A stretch of DNA of 32,000 nucleotides from Aliivibrio fischeri ES114. GTDB lineage: Bacteria > Pseudomonadota > Gammaproteobacteria > Enterobacterales > Vibrionaceae. The stretch lies in assembly GCF_000011805.1 (NCBI RefSeq), contig NC_006840.2. The stretch is one strand, 5' to 3'. Below, in pieces: positions 10,228 through 21,614 of the stretch. Position 1 is the stretch's first letter, and each line of letters starts with the position of its first letter. The position numbers and the translations under genes were made by a program. Under the pieces are notes generated by a model. The model saw only the letters and a list, made by a program, of their open reading frames with translations. It was not told the origin of the DNA and ran no database searches.

Positions 10228-12260
10228 TATTTTTCCTTTTTCTCATCATCAAATTGCTCAGAAAACGCTTGAATCTCGGCTGGATGATCTAATTCTTTAC
10301 CAAATTTAGGTAATACCGGAATGTTCGCATCATCCATCAGTTTTAAGCCTTTCTCTGCGTTGTATAACTGCTCTGCTCGAATGTAGTTATATTTACGCTG
10401 AGTAATACCATCCGCAGTCATACCGTTACGAATAATGGTTGGCTTAATGAATACCATTAGGTTCTTCTTCTCAACCCGAGTGCTGGTTGATTTGAACAGG
10501 TGACCTAATACAGGGATATCACCTAGGAATGGAACTTTTGATTCACTCTCAAGCGCTCTCTCATCAATCAAACCACCTAATACCAGCATTTGGCCATCTT
10601 GTACCATTACCGAAGTATTAAGTTGACGTTTTGCAAAACGCACATCCACAGCACCGTTAGCACCTAATACATTAGAAACTTCTTGTTCGATATCTAAACG
10701 AACAGAATCACCTTCGTTAATTTGTGGTACCACTTTTAGTTTGATACCCACTTCTTTACGATCAACGGTTTGGAATGGGTTTTCATTATTTGAACCCGAT
10801 GTTGAACCGGTTAATACAGGAACCTCTTCACCCACAATAAATGACGCTTCGCCATTATCCATCACCGTAATGCTTGGAGATGAAAGAATGTTAGAGTTAG
10901 AGTCGGTCGATACCGCGGTAACAAGAGCCTTCCAATCACCCATCATGATACTTACTGCTGCACCTTGAACGCCACCAAGAGCACCTGCTAGTGCATCATA
11001 GCTACCTTCTTTTGTCGTGGTTTCATTCCGTAAAAATTTACCATTTTCATCGTAAACCGCAGTTGCTGTCGTTTTGTCTTTCGCTTCTTCCAAACCAACC
11101 ATGGTGGCACCAATTGACGCCCCTGTATTGCTGTATTGGATCATGGTACCGGTTTCTAAGTTACCCCACTGCACACCTAAATTTACGCCATCACCTTCGG
11201 CTAATTCTACAATTAAGGCTTCAATCAAGACTTGAGCACGACGGATATCCAACTGAGCAATCACATCTTTCATTGCACGCATCACATCAGGCGGCGCTGT
11301 GATCACTAATGAGTTCGTATCAACGTGTGCAGAAATCATCACATCATTGCGATTTTGTGAACTGCTTTTTTGCTTAGTACCTTTACTTGCCGCTAGGTTA
11401 TCTGACACACCTTTTAGCACATCAACCAAATCTTCGGCTTTTGCATAACGTAAATAGATGACCTGATTATTCCCTTTGGTGGCCATCTCGACATCAAGCT
11501 GCTTAATGAGTTTCTTTAGACGATTACGTACTTTTGGATCACCCGAAATTAAAATCGAGTTAGTACGTTCATCTGCAACCAATTTAGGCTGTAAGAATGC
11601 AGGGGTATTCTTCGCATCTGTGGTTTTATTTAGAGCATCAACAATACGCACCATTTCAGCCGCTGATGCGTTATTCAACTCCACCACTTCCACTTCTTTA
11701 TCGCCAGCACGGTCAACACGCTCGATAATTTCAGCTAAACGGTTAACCACCGCTGCACGACCTGTGATCATAATAATATTTGCAGGGTCATAGTGAACGA
11801 CGTTACCTGCACCGGCATTATCATTAAGTTGGCGAAGCAAAGGAGAAAGCTCACGAACAGACACGTTACGAACAGCGATAACACGAGTAATCACTGCATC
11901 GCCTTTTACTTGATCTTTTGCACCAAGAACAGGAACCGCCGATGTTTTCGCGTCTTTGTCTTTAATGACTTTTAAAATACCAGAGTCCATCTCAACCACA
12001 GCGTACCCATATACTTCAAGTACGCTAAGGAAGAATTGATAATATTGCTCTTCATTTAATAAATCGTAACTACGAACGTCGACTTTCCCACGAACAGACG
12101 GATCAACGATGATGGTCTTTTCTAAGTTACGACCAACAATATTGATAAACTCTTGAATGTCTGTCCCTTTAAAACTGGCACTAAAGTCATTTGCAATTGC
12201 TGATGTCCACATCATGCTACTTGCAAGTAATAAGGCTCCCTTGCCCATCCACTTTTTCAC
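10227..12260 (-). CDS. gspD: Type II secretion system secretin GspD
   Basis: Signal peptide, N0/N1-N3 repeats and secretin domain (VPVLTGS...[23 protein letters not shown]). GTG start (cac at 12258-12260). Confidence 0.98.
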   Translation of the reverse strand: MKKWMGKGALLLASSMMWTSAIANDFSASFKGTDIQEFINIVGRNLEKTIIVDPSVRGKVDVRSYDLLNEEQYYQFFLSVLEVYGYAVVEMDSGILKVIKDKDAKTSAVPVLGAKDQVKGDAVITRVIAVRNVSVRELSPLLRQLNDNAGAGNVVHYDPANIIMITGRAAVVNRLAEIIERVDRAGDKEVEVVELNNASAAEMVRIVDALNKTTDAKNTPAFLQPKLVADERTNSILISGDPKVRNRLKKLIKQLDVEMATKGNNQVIYLRYAKAEDLVDVLKGVSDNLAASKGTKQKSSSQNRNDVMISAHVDTNSLVITAPPDVMRAMKDVIAQLDIRRAQVLIEALIVELAEGDGVNLGVQWGNLETGTMIQYSNTGASIGATMVGLEEAKDKTTATAVYDENGKFLRNETTTKEGSYDALAGALGGVQGAAVSIMMGDWKALVTAVSTDSNSNILSSPSITVMDNGEASFIVGEEVPVLTGSTSGSNNENPFQTVDRKEVGIKLKVVPQINEGDSVRLDIEQEVSNVLGANGAVDVRFAKRQLNTSVMVQDGQMLVLGGLIDERALESESKVPFLGDIPVLGHLFKSTSTRVEKKNLMVFIKPTIIRNGMTADGITQRKYNYIRAEQLYNAEKGLKLMDDANIPVLPKFGKELDHPAEIQAFSEQFDDEKKEK

Positions 12261-12292
12261 AATACACCCTTATTCAGTCTCATCTTCTCAAG

Positions 12293-13201
12293 CTACAAGC
12301 CAACAAAGATGTCATATAATTGCCCATTACGCAGGACAGTTAAGTTTAATTCCGTCATTTCTGACATATTTTTCCACAATGAGCTCATTGCAGCAGGATC
12401 GGTTAAGTCAACCCCATTTAAACTGGTTGCGATATCACCCGGTTTTAAACCAACCGAATCAAATAGCTTACGGTCTTTACCTGGATTAACTCGATACCCT
12501 TTAATTTTTCCATTTTCGTTCACCTGAGAAAGGCGAATGTATTTCAAAACAGATTGCGGATTTTGCGCCATTTCTTTACGGATTTTATCCAACTCATCTT
12601 GATTTGAGTTTTGACGATTATTTCCTAATACAGTTCCAGAACTGCCCGTTATATTTCTTTCAGTAGAAATCTTAGTATATTCAACACCCTCAAGCATCAG
12701 CGTTTCATCTCGACCATTGTTAGAAATAATGATGCGATCTGCGCTTATCGCTTTAACACTTGCACGAGTACCATCAATGGTTTCATTAATCCCATACGTA
12801 TTTTGCTTACCACGATTGGCTATCACAGCAAGACTTAGTGAAGGCTCAGAACTAGCAACCACCCCTGATAACGTTAAATTCAAACGCGTTTTAGGCGCAT
12901 CTTTCACTTCAACCGCTTTTGGTTGATCTATTTTTTGTTCAGCATTAAAGCGACCAAATACTTGACTATTTAACAGTTCAGAAAGTGAATCTTTCCCCTG
13001 TTTACCTTGAGATACCGCAACGGCTACCGTTTTAGGCGTCCATTTAGATACCGACGTTTGTGGAGCTAACATAGACCAAAAAAGAGAGCCACAAATCCAC
13101 GCAAACCAAGCAACGAGAATTACCGTCAAACTCTTTGCTATTGTTGATTGATATATCGACCAATATTGAGAAATCTTCTCTATTTTCATATTAGTTATCA
13201 T
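12293..13201 (-). CDS. gspC: Type II secretion system protein C
   Basis: TM segment, homology region and C-terminal PDZ-like domain (VGLKPGDIATSLNGVDLTDPAAM); first gene of the operon. Start may be ATG at 13201 or the internal ATG at 13189. Confidence 0.95.
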   Translation of the reverse strand: MITNMKIEKISQYWSIYQSTIAKSLTVILVAWFAWICGSLFWSMLAPQTSVSKWTPKTVAVAVSQGKQGKDSLSELLNSQVFGRFNAEQKIDQPKAVEVKDAPKTRLNLTLSGVVASSEPSLSLAVIANRGKQNTYGINETIDGTRASVKAISADRIIISNNGRDETLMLEGVEYTKISTERNITGSSGTVLGNNRQNSNQDELDKIRKEMAQNPQSVLKYIRLSQVNENGKIKGYRVNPGKDRKLFDSVGLKPGDIATSLNGVDLTDPAAMSSLWKNMSEMTELNLTVLRNGQLYDIFVGL

Positions 13202-13480
13202 TTGGATCCTACGTTTCCTTTCCCATCGTCATAAAATGATTAAATGACTGATTTTATATTTATTATAAGAGAACAGCACAGCTTTGCTGCTATTGACGGT
13301 ATTTTCTTAAATTACTCGCAGACATATCACGAAATTACATAAATAAAGCACCGTATTAGAGCATTATTTCTCATTAATGACTCTAATTAGATACGATTTT
13401 TGATTAATTCCCCTCAAAAGATTGAAAAAAATATTCCAGGCACCATTTAAGAAGCAGAGATATGACATTAGGTAGACATC

Positions 13481-13882
13481 ATGAGTTCAAAATCAAACAC
13501 CACTGAGGGTGTAAGACTCGATAAATGGCTCTGGGCAGCTCGTTTTTATAAAACACGCTCAATTGCTCGCAACATGGTTGATGGAGGTAAAGTTCAATAT
13601 AATGGACAACGCTCAAAACCAAGTAAGATTGTGGAAGTAGGCGCCGAAATAAAGCTGCGCCAAGGAAACAATGAAGAGATCACTGTGATCATCGAGATCG
13701 TTTCCGATCAACGCCGCGGAGCCCCTATTGCACAAACTCTTTACAAAGAAACACAAGACAGTATTAAGCACCGTGAAGAAAATGCGCAATTACGCAAACT
13801 CAATTCACTTGGTAGCCCACGACCAGATAAGCGTCCAGATAAAAAACAACGACGCGATATCATGAAGTTTAAGCACCAATAA
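13481..13882 (+). CDS. hslR: Ribosome-associated heat shock protein Hsp15 (S4 domain)
   Basis: VRLDKWLWAARFYKTRSIARNMVDGGKVQYNGQRSKPSKIVEVGAEI, S4 domain; adjacent to hslO. Confidence 0.96.
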   Translation: MSSKSNTTEGVRLDKWLWAARFYKTRSIARNMVDGGKVQYNGQRSKPSKIVEVGAEIKLRQGNNEEITVIIEIVSDQRRGAPIAQTLYKETQDSIKHREENAQLRKLNSLGSPRPDKRPDKKQRRDIMKFKHQ

Positions 13883-13974
13883 ATACGCTTTTCTGTCTCA
13901 TACCTTATTTATACTGGTTGTCTCCGCTATACTATGAGTAACGACAACCCTTAATACAATTGCTGGAGTATTTC

Positions 13975-14850
13975 ATGGCAAATAACACATTGCATCGTTA
14001 CCTATTTGAAGATTTATCTGTTCGTGGTGAATTAGTTCAACTAGATGATGCTTACCAACAAATCATTTCTAGCAAGGAATACCCAAAACCAGTTCAAAAT
14101 CTATTGGGTGAGCTATTAGTTGCAACCACACTATTAACTGCAACATTGAAATTTGAAGGTTCTATTACCCTTCAACTTCAAGGTGACGGCCCAGTTTCTC
14201 TTGCAGTAATTAACGGCGATAACAACCAAAAAGTACGTGGTGTTGCTCGTTTTGAAGGTGATATTGCTGAAGATGCAACGTTGCACCAACTAATGGGTCG
14301 CGGCTACCTAGTTATCACTATCACACCAAAAGATGGTGAGCGTTACCAAGGTGTTGTTGCTCTTGAAGGTGAAAATCTAGCACAATGTTTTGAAGGTTAC
14401 TTCGAGCGTTCTGAGCAACTAAAAACTCGTCTATGGTTACGTCTAGGTGAATATGAAGGTAAACCTCACGCAGCAGGTATGTTACTGCAAGTAATGCCTG
14501 ATGGTACTGGTTCTGAAAATGACTTTGAACATTTAGAACAACTAACAGACACCATTAAAAATGAAGAGCTGTTTGGTTTACCAGCTGAAGACGTACTTTA
14601 CCGTCTATATAACCAAGATAAAGTGCAACTGTTTGAACCTCAAGACGTTGAGTTCTTCTGTGGTTGTTCACGTGAACGCAGCGGTGGTGCAATCGTAACG
14701 ATTGATCGTGCTGAAGTTGATGACATCATTAAAACAGAAGGGAAAATTTCTCTTCACTGTGACTACTGTGGCACAAGCTACGATTTCGACAGTATTGATG
14801 TTGCAAACCTATTTGAACAAGCAACAAGCGGCAACGATACAGTACATTAA
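13975..14850 (+). CDS. hslO: Redox-regulated chaperone Hsp33
   Basis: [21 protein letters not shown]... with redox zinc motif CGCSRER...CDYCG. The ATG at 13975 is preferred over the TTG start at 13960. Confidence 0.97.
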   Translation: MANNTLHRYLFEDLSVRGELVQLDDAYQQIISSKEYPKPVQNLLGELLVATTLLTATLKFEGSITLQLQGDGPVSLAVINGDNNQKVRGVARFEGDIAEDATLHQLMGRGYLVITITPKDGERYQGVVALEGENLAQCFEGYFERSEQLKTRLWLRLGEYEGKPHAAGMLLQVMPDGTGSENDFEHLEQLTDTIKNEELFGLPAEDVLYRLYNQDKVQLFEPQDVEFFCGCSRERSGGAIVTIDRAEVDDIIKTEGKISLHCDYCGTSYDFDSIDVANLFEQATSGNDTVH

Positions 14851-14882
14851 TTTACTGCATAGAATAAGTTGCAAAACTGTTA

Positions 14883-14913
14883 CAAAAGCCAGCCATTAGG
14901 TTGGCTTTTTTTA
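14883..14913 (+). terminator. Probable rho-independent terminator of hslR-hslO
   Basis: AAAGCCAGCC-ATTA-GGTTGGCTTTTTTT stem-loop with T-run just downstream of the hslO stop. Confidence 0.8.
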
Positions 14914-15186
14914 TAACTAAATTTGATATAAACCACACTTTTAATTCCACTTATCCACACTTAATTTTGATTAAATAATAATCAATTACATCTAGCGCAA
15001 TCGATTTTATTAAGAGTAGAATAGAGCTATTGCTATTTTGTGATGGCGATAAAATAACCACTACCACTTTATGGTTATTTTATGATTCATCTCCCTGTTT
15101 TCAATTTACCGCGTTGTTAGCATGATTAGCAGAATACAAATAATTAGAAATATTAAAATCCCTACAAAATCCTCTAAGGAGCACCT

Positions 15187-16809
15187 ATGACTGTTATGGA
15201 ACACAAGAAGGCTGCACTACTCGATCTAACTCAATATGGTCTTACTGGGGTTACAGACGTACTACGTAATCCAAGCTATGAGCAACTATTTGAAGAAGAG
15301 ACACGTCCAGATCTTGAAGGTTATGAACGTGGTGTAATGACAGAGCTTGGCTCAGTTGCGGTAGATACTGGTATATTTACTGGTCGTTCACCAAAAGATA
15401 AATACATCGTAAAAGATGACACTACCAAAGATACTCTATGGTGGTCAGATCAAGGAAAGAACGACAACAAAGCCATCACGCCAGCAGTTTGGGATGATCT
15501 AAAGTCGCTAGTTACAACACAACTATCGGGTAAACGCTTATTTGTTATTGATGGTTTCTGTGGCGCCAATCCAGATACTCGTTTAAACGTTCGCATCATT
15601 ACAGAAGTAGCATGGCAAGCACACTTTGTGAAAAACATGTTCATTCGTCCAACAGAAGCAGAACTTGAAAACTTCGAGCCTGATTTCGTAGTAATGAATG
15701 GTGCAAAAGTCACTAACCCTAATTATGAAAAGCACGGATTAAACTCTGAAAACTTCGTGGCTTTCAACTTAACAGAACGCGTTCAAATCATCGGTGGTAC
15801 TTGGTACGGCGGTGAAATGAAAAAAGGTATGTTCGCAATGATGAACTACCTACTTCCACTTAAAGGTATTGCTTCAATGCACTGTTCGGCTAACGTCGGT
15901 GAAAAAGGTGATGTTGCGGTATTCTTTGGTTTATCAGGAACAGGAAAAACCACGCTTTCAACCGATCCTAAACGCCAACTAATTGGTGATGATGAACACG
16001 GTTGGGATGACGATGGCATCTTCAACTTTGAAGGCGGTTGCTACGCTAAAACCATCCGCCTTTCAAAAGAAGCTGAGCCTGATATCTATAATGCAATCCG
16101 CCGTGATGCATTATTAGAAAACGTCACAGTACGTAGCGACAGCTCTATTGATTTTAATGATGGCTCTAAAACAGAAAACACTCGTGTTTCTTACCCTATC
16201 TATCATATCGATAACATCGTTAAACCAGTTTCAAAAGCTGGCCACGCTAAAAAAGTCATCTTCTTAACAGCGGATGCGTTTGGTGTTCTACCGCCGGTAG
16301 CGAAACTCACACCAGAACAAACTAAGTATCACTTCCTATCAGGTTTTACCGCAAAACTTGCAGGTACTGAACGTGGTATTACAGAACCAACACCAACCTT
16401 CTCTGCTGCATTTGGTGCTGCGTTCTTAACGCTTCATCCAACACAATACGCAGAAGTACTGGTTAAACGTATGGAAGCGGCAGGCGCTGAAGCTTACATC
16501 GTAAACACGGGTTGGAATGGCACAGGAAAACGTATTTCAATTCAAGATACACGTGGCATTATTGATGCGATTTTAGATGGTTCAATTGACCAAGCTAAAA
16601 CCAAAAATATCCCTGTATTTAACTTAGAAGTACCGACATCACTACCTGGTGTTGATGCCTCTATTCTTGACCCTCGTGACACGTATACTGACCCACTACA
16701 ATGGGACAGCAAAGCGGAAGATTTAGCGCAACGCTTTATCAAAAACTTCGCTCAATACACAGATAACGAGGAAGGAAAAGCGTTAGTTAAAGCGGGTCCT
16801 CAGCTATAA
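15187..16809 (+). CDS. pckA: Phosphoenolpyruvate carboxykinase (ATP)
   Basis: [15 protein letters not shown]-loop, [21 protein letters not shown] and ISIQDTRGI signatures; 540 aa. Confidence 0.98.
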   Translation: MTVMEHKKAALLDLTQYGLTGVTDVLRNPSYEQLFEEETRPDLEGYERGVMTELGSVAVDTGIFTGRSPKDKYIVKDDTTKDTLWWSDQGKNDNKAITPAVWDDLKSLVTTQLSGKRLFVIDGFCGANPDTRLNVRIITEVAWQAHFVKNMFIRPTEAELENFEPDFVVMNGAKVTNPNYEKHGLNSENFVAFNLTERVQIIGGTWYGGEMKKGMFAMMNYLLPLKGIASMHCSANVGEKGDVAVFFGLSGTGKTTLSTDPKRQLIGDDEHGWDDDGIFNFEGGCYAKTIRLSKEAEPDIYNAIRRDALLENVTVRSDSSIDFNDGSKTENTRVSYPIYHIDNIVKPVSKAGHAKKVIFLTADAFGVLPPVAKLTPEQTKYHFLSGFTAKLAGTERGITEPTPTFSAAFGAAFLTLHPTQYAEVLVKRMEAAGAEAYIVNTGWNGTGKRISIQDTRGIIDAILDGSIDQAKTKNIPVFNLEVPTSLPGVDASILDPRDTYTDPLQWDSKAEDLAQRFIKNFAQYTDNEEGKALVKAGPQL

Positions 16810-16835
16810 CCTACGCCTGATTACTCATAAAAACC

Positions 16836-16868
16836 AAGCCCTTCTCTCCTTATGAGAAGGGCTTTTTT
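16836..16868 (+). terminator. Rho-independent terminator after pckA
   Basis: AAGCCCTTCTC-TCCTTAT-GAGAAGGGCTTTTTT, 11-bp stem followed by a T-run. Confidence 0.9.
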
Positions 16869-16991
16869 ATACCCTTAGCTCAAGAACGCAATAAAGACAG
16901 GAGATCATAAGGATTATTGAACACGATCACTTGATTGAAAGGCGTTTTTACTCCACTCTTTCTATTCATCTTTCTTTTATTGGAGTTAACA

Positions 16992-18950
16992 ATGTACACC
17001 ACACTGAAAAGCCTAGGCTGGCTTATCACTTTCTGTTTGCTGCTTGTGGTCGCATTCTTAGCCTTATTACATACTCCTTATGCACAACCCGTGCTTAATC
17101 CTTTAGTTCAAAAACTCTCGCATCAGAAGATTTCTTTTGGAGAACTGAATTATTCCATTCAATCACCCCTGCATTTAACTCTGTCAGATGTGAGTATTGA
17201 ATCAGAAAAAAACATCAATATTCAGCAAGTTGATTTTTGGTTATCTCAGCACCCTATTCAAAATAATAAATTGGCATTTGATAGTGTAAAAATCGACGGT
17301 ATTAGCTTACAAACAGGATTACCTAACACTCAACAATTGGATTGGCTTTCAATTGCACAACTGAGTATTTCCAATTTAGATTTTGCTGACGATGGATTGG
17401 TTATCCGTGAAGCACAAGTTCAACTCAGTAACTGGTCAATTGATAAAACCAAAACGCTACCTTTTGAAGGTGAATTCCAGTTTTCAACACAACAGTTATA
17501 TTGGCAGTCCGAAGCTCTAGATGATGTACTCATTGATGGTTACTACTCACAAGATTACACCGCACTAGATGGCATATCACTCACTTGGCGTGGGAGTACC
17601 ATTACTGCGCAAGCTGAATTAAAAGAAAATAAATTATGGGTTATCCCACAATTTACGCTACGTCGATTTAATTTAGAGTCAGATAATGCTGACATCATTG
17701 GGAAGCCGTTACAGTGGCTATCAGAACAACACTTTACGTATCAATTCAAGCGTATCGATTTATTAAATATCAATTTAGAATTGCCTCAGATAGTAACAAA
17801 CGATCTCAGTCTATCGGCTGAAAATATTTTACTTCCTTACGATCTCTGGGAACAAACTAACGCCAATATTTCCCTTAATGCTGACAGCATAGTGTGGAAT
17901 GAAACCATGATTGAAAAACCGATCATGGATGTCACTTTAAATAAAAAAGAAGCCAATATTGAAAACCTGTCTTTTGATATTTTTAATGGCAACATTCAGC
18001 TTTCAGGTGACTTATCACCTCATAAAATCAACCTAAAATCGTTAACGATTAGTCAGATAAGATGGCTAATTGATAACAAAGATACAGACTCAATCGTTCA
18101 ATATATCAAGCAACTTGAGCAAGTTAAGATCGATAACGTCGACATCAACAATGTGCAAGTAATACAGCCTGAGGGGAAATACCCATACCAAGTTTCAGGA
18201 TTAAACGCCGAAGGTCATGATCTTGATTTATTAAAATATTATCAATGGGGATTATGGGATGGAAAACTATCTTTAAGCGCTTCAAACGCCAGTTTTAATT
18301 ATTTATTAACGCAACAGATGTTGATTGAGATGAATACTGAAAATGGACTTTGGACTGTTGAACGAGCGCTTTTCCCATTAGCTGAAGGGCTATTTGGCTT
18401 TAGCGGCAGCCTAAATTTAACCCAAGATAGTCAGCCTTGGCAGGTAGAAGCGTACGGTGACGGTTTACCAATTAGCTATCTAACCAGTTTATTCCCTCAT
18501 ACTGTTCCACTGGATGGTATGGCTGAATTTACTTTTAATGGCAGTGGCCTTGCTGCTAATCGTGACAGCTTTAACTACAGTTTTAATGGTGATTTAAATA
18601 TCATTCCAAGAGAGATGGTAACCACTCAAACAGCGAAAGAATTATGGCAATATAAATTAGGTTTGGTTCCTGATACAGAGCAACCCGATAATGCAGTAAA
18701 AGAACCTAAAACAAAGCAGGCATCTTATCCGATTCATGTTGAGCCAATTCATATTTCAGCCAACCGTGGACGTATTACAATCAAACCGATCACTATTACT
18801 GGTGATGGCTTTAGTTATAACATTGAAGGGGATTACGACTTGGTTAATCCAGAGAAAGCTGAAACGATTACATCAATAACACAAGAGTGTCACCAACTGG
18901 TTCAGAAGCTCTTTTCAGATACTGTGCAAATGATTAATTACTGTCAGTAA
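16992..18950 (+). CDS. AsmA-family protein (inner-membrane anchored, large repetitive periplasmic domain)
   Basis: N-terminal TM anchor (MYTTLKSLGWLITFCLLLVVAFLALL), AsmA-like pattern (FDSVKIDGISLQTGLPNTQQLDWLSIAQLSI...), C-terminal GDYDLVNP. GGAG precedes the ATG at 16992; the ORF track start at 16935 is upstream of this. Confidence 0.8.
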   Translation: MYTTLKSLGWLITFCLLLVVAFLALLHTPYAQPVLNPLVQKLSHQKISFGELNYSIQSPLHLTLSDVSIESEKNINIQQVDFWLSQHPIQNNKLAFDSVKIDGISLQTGLPNTQQLDWLSIAQLSISNLDFADDGLVIREAQVQLSNWSIDKTKTLPFEGEFQFSTQQLYWQSEALDDVLIDGYYSQDYTALDGISLTWRGSTITAQAELKENKLWVIPQFTLRRFNLESDNADIIGKPLQWLSEQHFTYQFKRIDLLNINLELPQIVTNDLSLSAENILLPYDLWEQTNANISLNADSIVWNETMIEKPIMDVTLNKKEANIENLSFDIFNGNIQLSGDLSPHKINLKSLTISQIRWLIDNKDTDSIVQYIKQLEQVKIDNVDINNVQVIQPEGKYPYQVSGLNAEGHDLDLLKYYQWGLWDGKLSLSASNASFNYLLTQQMLIEMNTENGLWTVERALFPLAEGLFGFSGSLNLTQDSQPWQVEAYGDGLPISYLTSLFPHTVPLDGMAEFTFNGSGLAANRDSFNYSFNGDLNIIPREMVTTQTAKELWQYKLGLVPDTEQPDNAVKEPKTKQASYPIHVEPIHISANRGRITIKPITITGDGFSYNIEGDYDLVNPEKAETITSITQECHQLVQKLFSDTVQMINYCQ

Positions 18951-18953
18951 ATC

Positions 18954-18992
18954 AAAAAAACGCCCCATAAATCATTTATGGGGCGTTTTTAT
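18954..18992. terminator. Bidirectional terminator between convergent asmA-like and EAL-HDOD genes
   Basis: AAAAAAACGCCCCATAAAT-C-ATTTATGGGGCGTTTTT, near-perfect palindrome flanked by A-run and T-run. Confidence 0.9.
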
Positions 18993-19012
18993 TTAAACAT
19001 AAGAATGAAAGA

Positions 19013-20230
19013 CTATTTAGACAAAATACTCTGATACCACTTAACCGCTTCTTGGTAGGTAGATTCAACGGTTTTTGCAGAGAACCCAAGTTGTCGACTC
19101 AACTTATCAATATTTTCCCAATTACCAGTATCGATGTTTTCATACAACTCCAGCATTGAACCTAATAATCCCTCACGGATTAAAATGGCTTTCTCAATGT
19201 CTTGACTCAAAGATAGCTGTACTAATACATCATCTAATTTCTTATCCAATAACGCATCAAGTAAAGAGAACAATCCAACAATAAACGCTTGTTGCCCTGG
19301 CGTTCCATTTTGACAACGATAAATCATCAATTCACAGAATCTGCCTTTCACCAATGATTGCTTATACAGCTCTTTGGGTTTATTTATCGCCGCGTGTGCT
19401 GTCGCAATCAGAGTAACGAACATTTTTATCTGCTCTTCCCCTAAATACACTAACGCTTGCTTAAACGATGAAATTGGATTTTCTAATCGAACAGCTGCCG
19501 TATTTACAAACTTCAACAACTGGTACGACAGAGACACATCTTGAGAAATCAATTGTTCAATTCGAGTGAAATCGACCTCTTCACGACACACTTCTTGAAA
19601 AAGTTGTACCGTTAACAGCTCTTCAGGTTTTACGACTCGATTTTTAATGATTTCAGGCTTACTAAAGAAATACCCTTGGAAGAAATGAAAACCGACATCT
19701 AAAGCTTGTTGGAACTCTTCATTCGTTTCTACTCGTTCAGCTAAATAATGGCGCTTACAACCTTGACGTTTACGCTGCTTAACATAAGCACACGCTCTCT
19801 CAAGACCCAGCTGCATAATATCTAACTTAACGATATGAGAATAAGGAAGGAATCGATCCCACTCAGGGTCTAAACTAAAATCATCAAGCGCAATCACATA
19901 CCCCATTCGATGCAAATGTTTAATCGCACTAAATAGCTCATCGTTTGGGGTGCAGGTTTCAAGAACCTCAATGACAATCTTCTTTTTAGGGAACGCCGTT
20001 GGTACGAGTGAAATTAATGACTCTTGTGGGAAATTAATAAAACTACGAGGAGACTCTAAAGCGGGGTTGTTTCCCGTTGCCATAAAGTTTTCAACCAACA
20101 ATCGACACGTTGCTTGATTGGCTTCCATATCAGGAAACGCATTGCTTGCACCGTCGCGAAAAAGCAGTTCATATCCTATTGTCTGTTTTTTTCGATTAAG
20201 TATCGGTTGTCTGGCAACGTATGCATACAT
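19013..20230 (-). CDS. EAL-HDOD (YuxH-like) domain signalling protein
   Basis: N-terminal EAL-like domain (MYAYVARQPILNRKKQTIGYELLFRDG, FINFP, IVIEVLE, LDDFSLD, KLDIM, AERVE, FFQGYFFSKP) and C-terminal HDOD domain (QLISQDVSLSYQLLKFVNTA...ISSFKQALVYLGEEQIK). ATG at 20228-20230 on the minus strand. Confidence 0.9.
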   Translation of the reverse strand: MYAYVARQPILNRKKQTIGYELLFRDGASNAFPDMEANQATCRLLVENFMATGNNPALESPRSFINFPQESLISLVPTAFPKKKIVIEVLETCTPNDELFSAIKHLHRMGYVIALDDFSLDPEWDRFLPYSHIVKLDIMQLGLERACAYVKQRKRQGCKRHYLAERVETNEEFQQALDVGFHFFQGYFFSKPEIIKNRVVKPEELLTVQLFQEVCREEVDFTRIEQLISQDVSLSYQLLKFVNTAAVRLENPISSFKQALVYLGEEQIKMFVTLIATAHAAINKPKELYKQSLVKGRFCELMIYRCQNGTPGQQAFIVGLFSLLDALLDKKLDDVLVQLSLSQDIEKAILIREGLLGSMLELYENIDTGNWENIDKLSRQLGFSAKTVESTYQEAVKWYQSILSK

Positions 20231-20478
20231 AACTTTAAAGCGGTATCCTGTAAAAATATATCGGGATGATAAATGATTATATCGGCAATTTCTTTATGAA
20301 CTTGAGATGTATCAACACATTCCTTAATGATTTGAAGGACATCTTAGTCGAAACACACAATAAAAAAAATGCTCTTGCTTAAGAAGTATGCAAGAACTTA
20401 CCAAAATATGATACGAAGTTAACTTATGTCATTATAATAACAGCATCGATTTCACTTATTCGTTATTCAGAGAGTCCA

Positions 20479-21447
20479 ATGAAAGCAGCGACCTTTACTC
20501 AAGAAACGCATTACCTTGAAACCATGAAAAACCAAGTAGCCCCTTTTTGGGAGAAACGCCAACACGGTTTTTATCAAGGAGAGAAGGAAACACAACTTCA
20601 TTGGGTAAGTTTTACGAGCCCTGCTCACACCAAAGCGATCATGGTTGTTAACGGACGAATTGAAAGTGTCTATAAATACCAAGAGCTATTTTATGATTTA
20701 TTCTGCCAAGGCTATGATATTTATTCTTTCGATCACCGTGGCCAAGGTCTGTCCGATCGCCTAACGGATAATAATGATATTGGTCATATTGAAGACTTTA
20801 ATGATTACGTTCTCGATTTAAATAGCCTAACTCAATCATTAATCACACCTGAGCATTACCAAGACTGCTATCTACTCGGTCATTCAATGGGAGGGGCAAT
20901 TGCAACTCAATACATTGAAACTCACTCTCACCCCTACACCGCTTTAGCATTAAGTGCTCCAATGCATGGTATTCATATGCAACCTTGGCTAAAGCCCATT
21001 GCAAACCCAATTAGTCGCTACTTAAGCTTATGGTCAAAACAGCCTTCTTACGCCTTAGGCCAAGCGCCATATCATGCAAAACCATTTTTAGATAATGCGC
21101 TCACTACTTGTGAAATTCGCTATCAGTGGTTTAGAGAACTCTATGACACCAAACCAGAATTGCAGATCGGTGGTCCAAGCAATCATTGGGTTAATCAGGG
21201 ATTAAAAGGGGCAAAGCTATGTGTTGACCAAGCAGCACAATGCACACTTCCAACCTTATTACTTCAAGGTGAAAAAGACCAAATCGTTGATAATAATGCG
21301 CATGTGAAGTTTCAGAAAAAAGCACCAGATTGCCAATTAATAACCATTTCTGATGCGAAACATGAATTGCTGTTTGAGACGGATGAATGCCGCAACCAAG
21401 CATTAGTTGCTATCATTGATTTTTTCCAGCAACACTCTCACGTGTGA
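20479..21447 (+). CDS. pldB: Lysophospholipase L2-like alpha/beta hydrolase
   Basis: FDHRGQGLSDR, LGHSMGG nucleophile elbow; PldB-like N-terminus (VAPFWEKRQHGFYQGEKETQLHWVSF); followed by a yigL-like gene as in enterobacteria. Confidence 0.88.
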   Translation: MKAATFTQETHYLETMKNQVAPFWEKRQHGFYQGEKETQLHWVSFTSPAHTKAIMVVNGRIESVYKYQELFYDLFCQGYDIYSFDHRGQGLSDRLTDNNDIGHIEDFNDYVLDLNSLTQSLITPEHYQDCYLLGHSMGGAIATQYIETHSHPYTALALSAPMHGIHMQPWLKPIANPISRYLSLWSKQPSYALGQAPYHAKPFLDNALTTCEIRYQWFRELYDTKPELQIGGPSNHWVNQGLKGAKLCVDQAAQCTLPTLLLQGEKDQIVDNNAHVKFQKKAPDCQLITISDAKHELLFETDECRNQALVAIIDFFQQHSHV

Positions 21448-21614
21448 TGCTCTGCTAAAAAGTAAAAAGAGGAAAGATAAGAAGTGTAATCTTTACCCTC
21501 TTTTTTACTTATAAAGTGACGTAAACTTAGCCTCATTAAACTGAATTCTAATTTTATACTGATGCCGTTTATTGAATGTTCTATTGACTGGCATTGGTAT
21601 TCTCATGAGGCTTT

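Noticed and set aside
10741-11975. Plus-strand ORFs (75, 103, 105, 60 aa) inside gspD
   Set aside because: They are antisense to a well-conserved secretin gene, low in complexity and without recognisable domains or RBS context; expected spurious ORFs.
12157-12527. 110-aa and 72-aa ORFs overlapping the gspD-gspC junction
   Set aside because: Overlap two confidently called genes and have no recognisable homology or coding character.
1841-13201. Possible novel multi-gene secretion or pilus-like system on the minus strand
   Set aside because: Every gene matches the canonical type II secretion set gspC-N in the standard Vibrio (eps) order. Nothing is missing and no extra genes are inserted.
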